DNA of 64,000 bases from contig CAVSLV010000001.1 of NCBI GenBank assembly GCA_963728915.1, positions 576,001 to 640,000 of the forward strand, written 5' to 3'. The stretch's first letter is position 1, and each line of letters opens with the position of its first letter. This document shows, one piece after another, positions 58,876 to 64,000 of the stretch. The DNA is from an uncultured Gemmatimonadales bacterium. Lineage in GTDB: Bacteria; Gemmatimonadota; Gemmatimonadetes; Gemmatimonadales; GWC2-71-9. The position numbers were made by a program, and so were the translations under genes. Below the pieces are notes generated by a model. The model was not told the DNA's origin, ran no database searches, and saw only the letters and a list, made by a program, of their open reading frames with translations.

Positions 58876-60107
58876 CGAGCGAGGACGCGAACCCGTAGCG
58901 GCTTGAGGGCGATGAGCGCGAGGATCGCCGCCAGCAGGTTCATCACGGCCGCGGCCATGAATACCGCGTGCCATCCACCCGATACGGCGATGATGCTGCT
59001 CAGCGGCACCAGCAGCGACGCCGCTCCCTTGGCCGTGTACAGCACTCCGGCGTTGGCCGCAGCGTACTTCCGGCCCCAGGTGTCCCCGCAAGTCGCGGGG
59101 AACAGGCTGTAGATCTCGCCGTAGGCAAAGAACACGAGCCCGGTGAGGAGCACGAAGGACGTCGCGTTCGCCCCGTATCGGCTGAGGAAGTAGATACTCA
59201 CCGCCTCGGCGGTGAACGCGAGGAACATCGTATTCTCCCTGCCGAGGCGGTCGGAGATCCAGCCAAAGAAGGGGCGGCTGAGACCGTTGAGAATCCGGGT
59301 GAATGACAGGGCGAAGGGAAGGGCCGCCATCGAGATTCCCAGCAGTGTCACCGGAACCCCGGCGATGCTCAGATCCTTGGCGATCGGGGTGAGCTGGGCG
59401 GTGACGACCAGTCCCCCCGCCGCCGTGAGGGCGAACATCACATACAGGACCCAGAACGCGGGGGAGCGCAGCATTTCACCCGGGTTTCGCTCCGGAGGCG
59501 CCACCACGTTGGCGCGAGTCCTCGGTGGCGGCGCCTTGAAGGAGGCGTCGGGCGCCTTGAGAAACCAGCCCAGCAGAAACACTACGGCGCCCTGGGCAAC
59601 GCCGAATTTGAAAAAAGCGGATTGATATCCCTGCGAGGCGATCATGTTGGCGATCGGAACCACGGTCAGCGCGGACCCCGAGCCGAATCCCATCGCGGTC
59701 AGTCCGGCGGCCAGGCCCCGGCGGTCGGGAAACCACTTGAGCGCGTTGCCGATGGTGGCCCCGTACACCCCGCCCGCTCCGATGCCGCCAACCACCGCTC
59801 CGAGGTAGAGCAGGAGAAGGGAATCGGCTTTCGAGTTGATGACCCAGGCGAGCGCTACCAGGATCCCGGACACCACACCGACCATCCGGGGTCCGAAGCG
59901 GTCCACCAGCCACCCCTCGAGTGGAACCAGCCAGGTCTCGACCAGAACGAAGATGCTGAAGGCCACCTGGATGGCGGGGAGGCCCCACTGGTAGCGCTCA
60001 TTGATCGGATTGACGAACAGGGTCCAGCCATACTGCAGATTGGCGATCATCACCATGCAGATGATGCCGAGAACGAGCTGGAACCAGCGGGTGGAGGAGG
60101 TGGTCAA
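58872..60107 (-). CDS. oxlT: Oxalate/formate antiporter OxlT-like MFS transporter
   Basis: TTG start; MIANLQYGWTLF, NALKWFPDRRGLA, SRPFFG, GEIYSLFP and LYTAKG (includes the Arg and Lys characteristic of OxlT). Confidence 0.85.
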   Translation of the reverse strand: MTTSSTRWFQLVLGIICMVMIANLQYGWTLFVNPINERYQWGLPAIQVAFSIFVLVETWLVPLEGWLVDRFGPRMVGVVSGILVALAWVINSKADSLLLLYLGAVVGGIGAGGVYGATIGNALKWFPDRRGLAAGLTAMGFGSGSALTVVPIANMIASQGYQSAFFKFGVAQGAVVFLLGWFLKAPDASFKAPPPRTRANVVAPPERNPGEMLRSPAFWVLYVMFALTAAGGLVVTAQLTPIAKDLSIAGVPVTLLGISMAALPFALSFTRILNGLSRPFFGWISDRLGRENTMFLAFTAEAVSIYFLSRYGANATSFVLLTGLVFFAYGEIYSLFPATCGDTWGRKYAAANAGVLYTAKGAASLLVPLSSIIAVSGGWHAVFMAAAVMNLLAAILALIALKPLRVRVLAR

Positions 60108-60185
60108 GGCGTCGCTACGCTCGCTCGATTCGCTTGCCCTGTCAAGGCCTTGCGGCGCCTCTGGCCGCGCGAGAACTTCTCACCC

Positions 60186-61715
60186 ATGAAAACCGGATTG
60201 GCCGTCATCATCGGGCTGGTGGTCGTGGGAGCGGCCCCCGCCCGCGCGCAGGACCTTCGGGGATTCGACGAATACGTCTCGCGAAGCATGCGGGACTGGC
60301 GGATTCCCGGACTCGCGATCGCGGTGGTCCACGGCGACTCCATCGTATTCCTGAAGGGGTATGGTGTCCGCGAGGCCGGCAAACCGGAACCGGTCACGGT
60401 GCACACCCGCTTCGGGATCATGTCCACGACCAAGGCCTTTACCGACGTGCTGCTGGCGATGCTGGTGGACAGCGGCAAGGTCGGTTGGGACGATCCGGTA
60501 GGCAAGTACATCCCCGAGCTGATGCTCCAGGATCCGTGGGTGACTCGCGAGCTCCGGGTCCGGGATCTGCTCACCCATCGCATCGGCTTTCCCGACCCCG
60601 ATTACCTGTGGTACGCCCAGCCGCTCAGCCTGCCCGAGATCATCCAGCGATTGCGTCTCGTGCCGGTGGCGTCGAGCTTCCGGTCCCGGTTCGCCTACAA
60701 CAACATCGCCTATGCCCTGGCCGGCGAGATCGTAACCCGCGCCGGCCGGGCGCCCTGGGCCGACCAGATGCGCCAACGGATCTACGCTCCCCTCGGCATG
60801 ACCGAAAGCGTGCCCGATCAGGGCGAGCTGGACCGACTCCGGATCACCGACGTGACCTCCCCGCATGCGCTGGTCGGAGACACGCTCCGGGTGCTCCACC
60901 TGCCGGTGGCACCGGTCGATCCCATCGCGCCGGCGGGAGCGATGTTCGCCAGCATCCAGGATATGGCCCGTTGGGTCCGGTTCCTGCTCGATACCGGGCG
61001 GGTTGGCCGAACGTCGCTGGTGAGCGTGGAGTCCTGGAAGCAGCTGTTCACGGCCCAGCAGGTGGTTCCCCCCGACGAATTCTATCCCACGGCGCGGCAA
61101 ACCCATCCCCACTTCACCGCGTATGGCCTGGGCTGGTTTCTGGAGGACTATCGTGGCGAGTTCGTGGCCTTCCATACCGGCAGCATCGACGGGAGGTCCG
61201 CGATCGTCGGATTGTTGCCCGATCGACGGGCCGGCGTGGTGGTGCTCACCAACCTCGACCATTCGGAGCTCCGTCACGCCCTGATGTACACCGTGTTCGA
61301 CCGTTTTCTCGGTCCCGACCCCCGGCCCCATGACTGGAGCGGGGAACTCCACGCGATGTATCGCGCGCTTGCCGATACCGCCCGGCTCCGTCGCACTGCC
61401 GTGGAAGCCCGCCGGATCGGCGGGACCACGCCGACCCTCCCCCTTCCCAGGTACGCCGGGACATACAGCGACAGCCTCTACGGGACCCTGCTCGTCGAGC
61501 TGATTGGCGATCGCCCGGTGGTGCGTTGGGGCGTGCTGACGGGAGACCTCACCCACTGGCAATACGACACCTTCCGGGTCACCTGGCAATCGCCCCTCGC
61601 CGACCCGGATTACCTGTCGTTCGGCCTGGATGCCGCTGGCCGTCCCGCGGTGGCCCGCTTCGCGGACTCTCCCATTCAATTCCATCGCATCGGAACGCAA
61701 TCCGGACACGAGTAG
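60186..61715 (+). CDS. Secreted serine hydrolase (beta-lactamase/AmpC-like, S12) with C-terminal DUF3471-like domain
   Basis: Signal peptide; IPGLAIAV, STTK (SxxK), FAYNN (YxN), HTG and YAGTYSD..YG. Confidence 0.9.
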   Translation: MKTGLAVIIGLVVVGAAPARAQDLRGFDEYVSRSMRDWRIPGLAIAVVHGDSIVFLKGYGVREAGKPEPVTVHTRFGIMSTTKAFTDVLLAMLVDSGKVGWDDPVGKYIPELMLQDPWVTRELRVRDLLTHRIGFPDPDYLWYAQPLSLPEIIQRLRLVPVASSFRSRFAYNNIAYALAGEIVTRAGRAPWADQMRQRIYAPLGMTESVPDQGELDRLRITDVTSPHALVGDTLRVLHLPVAPVDPIAPAGAMFASIQDMARWVRFLLDTGRVGRTSLVSVESWKQLFTAQQVVPPDEFYPTARQTHPHFTAYGLGWFLEDYRGEFVAFHTGSIDGRSAIVGLLPDRRAGVVVLTNLDHSELRHALMYTVFDRFLGPDPRPHDWSGELHAMYRALADTARLRRTAVEARRIGGTTPTLPLPRYAGTYSDSLYGTLLVELIGDRPVVRWGVLTGDLTHWQYDTFRVTWQSPLADPDYLSFGLDAAGRPAVARFADSPIQFHRIGTQSGHE

Positions 61716-61876
61716 ATTTCCCGGGGTTCCCGTCCCCAATTCATTCGGTTCCGGAGGAGTCATGCGTCACCTGATGTGCGCGCTTCTCGTTGTCGGCGGT
61801 GTCCCCAACCTGCCGGCAGGGCTTCGCCCCGTGAACGAACGTTCAGACCAGAGGCGGAAGTAGTCCGTCGCCGGTC

Positions 61877-64000
61877 ATGCCTCTGCACAACGCCCCACCC
61901 CTTCTCGTCGCCGCCCTCGCCGATCGCTACCGGATCGAACGGGAGCTGGGGCAGGGTGGGATGGCGACGGTGTACCTGGCCCGCGATCTCAAGCACGATC
62001 GGCTGGTTGCCATCAAGGTGTTCCGCCAGGAAATCGCGGCGGCCCTGGGCTCCGAGCGGTTTCTCCGGGAAATTTCCTTCGCGGCCCGGCTTCAGCATCC
62101 CCACATTCTCGGCTTGCACGACTCCGGGGAAGCCGGCGGGCTCCTCTACTACGTCATGCCCTACGTCGAGGGAGCCACCCTTCGTCAGCGGATGGACCGC
62201 GAGGGGGCGCTCAGCCTCGCCGAAACCGTCCGGATCGTCCGTGAAGTGGCCGAGGCGTTGAGTCATGCGCATGGGCAGGGCATCGTCCATCGGGACATCA
62301 AGCCCGAGAACATCCTGCTCCAGGGCGGCGCGGCGATCGTGGCGGATTTCGGGATCGCCCGGGCGGTGGAGGAGGCGGGCACTGAGCGTCTGACCGGAAC
62401 CGGGATCTCGATCGGGACCCCGACCTACATGAGTCCGGAGCAGGCCATGGGCGGCACCGTCGATGGCCGGAGCGACCTCTACAGTCTCGCCTGTGTGACC
62501 TACGAGATGCTCTCGGGCGAGCCACCCTTTTCCGGCAAGAGCTGGAAGGCTCTGCTGGCGCGGCACTCGGTGGAGCCGGTGCCCAGTCTGCGGATCCTCC
62601 GACCGACCGTGAGCGCCGGGCTCGAGAGTGCGATTGCACGGGCACTAGCCAAGACTCCTGCGGACCGGCAGAGCGGGGTTGCCGAGTTCGCCGCCGAGGT
62701 CGAGGCCGGGGTTTCGGGAGCGACGGGCCCGACCCCGGCTCCGCGGCCCGGGCGGCGGTGGATCACCTGGGCCTTCGCCGCGAGTGTGGTGCTGGTGTTG
62801 TTGCTGGCGGCGCTCGTGGTGTGGTCCCTCCGGCGGAGCTCCGGGGGAGCAGAGGGAGCGGATGCCCGGCCCCGGCTCGCGGTCCTGCCGTTCACCAGTA
62901 TCGGTCCTCCGGAGGAAGGGTACATCGCGGAGGGATTGACCGACGAAATCACCAGCCGGGTATCCGGGGTGAGCGGGATCGCGGTACTCTCGCGGAGCAG
63001 CACGTTTCCGCTGGCGCGGGAAGGCCGTCCCCCGATGGAGATCGGCAAGGCCCTCAATGCGGGTTATGTGCTCACCGGGACGGTCCAGATCGAGCGAAGC
63101 GCCGGACGAATCCGGGTCCGCCCCAGCCTGGTCAAGGTGGATGACGGAACCGAAATGCTCACCGGCAGCTCCTATGATCTTGCGCTCGCGCCGGGAAAGC
63201 TGCTGGAGATGCAGTCCCAGATCGCCGAGAAAGTCGCGCAGACCCTCAACGTGTCGCTTCTCGCGTCGGATCGCCGGGCTCTGGCGGTGCCCCCGACCCG
63301 AAGCCTCGAAGCCTACCAGGCGTTCCTCCGCGGAAACGTCCTCGCGCTCCAGAAATACTCGGAGGAACCCTCGCGCCAGGCGGTTCAGGCCTACCAGGAG
63401 GCCGTCGCGGCCGACTCCGGGTTTGCGCCGGCCTGGGCCAAGCTCGCCCAGGCCCAGATCGGATATTGGTATCAGTTCGGCCGTGCACCCGCCCGCCTGG
63501 CCGATGCCCGGGCCAGTCTCGCGAAAGCGATGACGCTGGATTCCACCCTGGCCGAAACCCGTCTGGCCCAGGCCCAGATGTACTACTTCGGAGACCTCGA
63601 CTACGATCGCGCCGAGCGGGAGTTCAAGGCGGTCCAGGCGATCCGGCCCAACGATAGCGACGTGCTGGCCTGGCTCGGGACGATCCAGAGACGTCGCGGC
63701 CGCTTCGAGGACGCGCTGGCGATGTTTCACCGCGCCGGCGAGCTGGACCCGCGCTCCCAGCAGGATGCCCTCGAGCTCGGCGTGACCTATCTCATGCTGC
63801 GACGTTTTCCCGAAGCCGAGGGTGAATTGCAGCGGGCCAGCGACCTGGCGCCGGAGTGGATCGCCCCGATCGTCACCCGTTCCTTCCTGTACTGGGGCTG
63901 GAAGGGCGACAAGGCGGCCGCGACGGAGACCCTTCGGAGCGCGCTGCGCGGCCACACCTTGCGCGAGCTGCTCGGATACCTGGTGCCGCTCAACCCGCAT
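61877..64000 (+). CDS. Hanks-type Ser/Thr kinase with TM, TolB_N-like and TPR domains (runs off the window end; missing from the ORF track)
   Basis: Translated by hand from ATG 61877: DRYRIERELGQGGMATVYLA, VAIK, HRDIKPEN, DFG, GTPTYMSPEQ, a TM segment, LAVLPF..AEGLTDEI, then TPR-like repeats. Confidence 0.92.
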   Translation, partial: MPLHNAPPLLVAALADRYRIERELGQGGMATVYLARDLKHDRLVAIKVFRQEIAAALGSERFLREISFAARLQHPHILGLHDSGEAGGLLYYVMPYVEGATLRQRMDREGALSLAETVRIVREVAEALSHAHGQGIVHRDIKPENILLQGGAAIVADFGIARAVEEAGTERLTGTGISIGTPTYMSPEQAMGGTVDGRSDLYSLACVTYEMLSGEPPFSGKSWKALLARHSVEPVPSLRILRPTVSAGLESAIARALAKTPADRQSGVAEFAAEVEAGVSGATGPTPAPRPGRRWITWAFAASVVLVLLLAALVVWSLRRSSGGAEGADARPRLAVLPFTSIGPPEEGYIAEGLTDEITSRVSGVSGIAVLSRSSTFPLAREGRPPMEIGKALNAGYVLTGTVQIERSAGRIRVRPSLVKVDDGTEMLTGSSYDLALAPGKLLEMQSQIAEKVAQTLNVSLLASDRRALAVPPTRSLEAYQAFLRGNVLALQKYSEEPSRQAVQAYQEAVAADSGFAPAWAKLAQAQIGYWYQFGRAPARLADARASLAKAMTLDSTLAETRLAQAQMYYFGDLDYDRAEREFKAVQAIRPNDSDVLAWLGTIQRRRGRFEDALAMFHRAGELDPRSQQDALELGVTYLMLRRFPEAEGELQRASDLAPEWIAPIVTRSFLYWGWKGDKAAATETLRSALRGHTLRELLGYLVPLNPH

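Noticed and set aside
60186..61715. Calling the serine hydrolase an antibiotic-resistance beta-lactamase
   Set aside because: SxxK/YxN/HTG with a C-terminal extension is shared by many S12 peptidases and esterases; substrate cannot be inferred.
1..64000. Mobile elements, prophage, defence systems, rRNA/tRNA
   Set aside because: No transposase, integrase, phage, nuclease/defence motifs, tRNA cloverleaf or obvious low-GC island was seen by eye.

Overview
A GC-rich, densely coding 64 kb window of a diderm bacterial chromosome with about 42 genes. I found no rRNA, tRNA, CRISPR array, integrase or transposase. The gene content suggests Gemmatimonadota or a similar Acidobacteria-like lineage (inference only): three duplicated-MacB 'ADOP' permeases with an Acidobacterial-type PadR, secreted M14/M20/M28 peptidases, a VPS10/BNR glycoside hydrolase, and a Hanks kinase-TolB_N-TPR protein. 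Four modules stand out. (i) A TolC-MFP-RND efflux operon flanked by two YncE beta-propellers, next to an OmpR-type two-component pair, a TonB-dependent-like barrel and a PepSY-like protein; both divergent promoter regions share a 21-bp motif. (ii) A YdjC/HpnK deacetylase-GT2 fusion operon with an alpha/beta hydrolase lacking the catalytic Ser and a flippase-like protein. (iii) A divergent FG-GAP/ASPIC-UnbV + UnbU-like locus with no enediyne PKS in the window. (iv) A compact oxlT-panE2-oxs-aminotransferase operon, probably for oxalate assimilation. A dispersed motif, CCTAAC[A/C]CG, recurs inside genes using otherwise rare codons. Five single-base frameshifts, mostly in short homopolymers, look like long-read assembly errors. 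All protein calls come from motifs read by eye; no database search was run.
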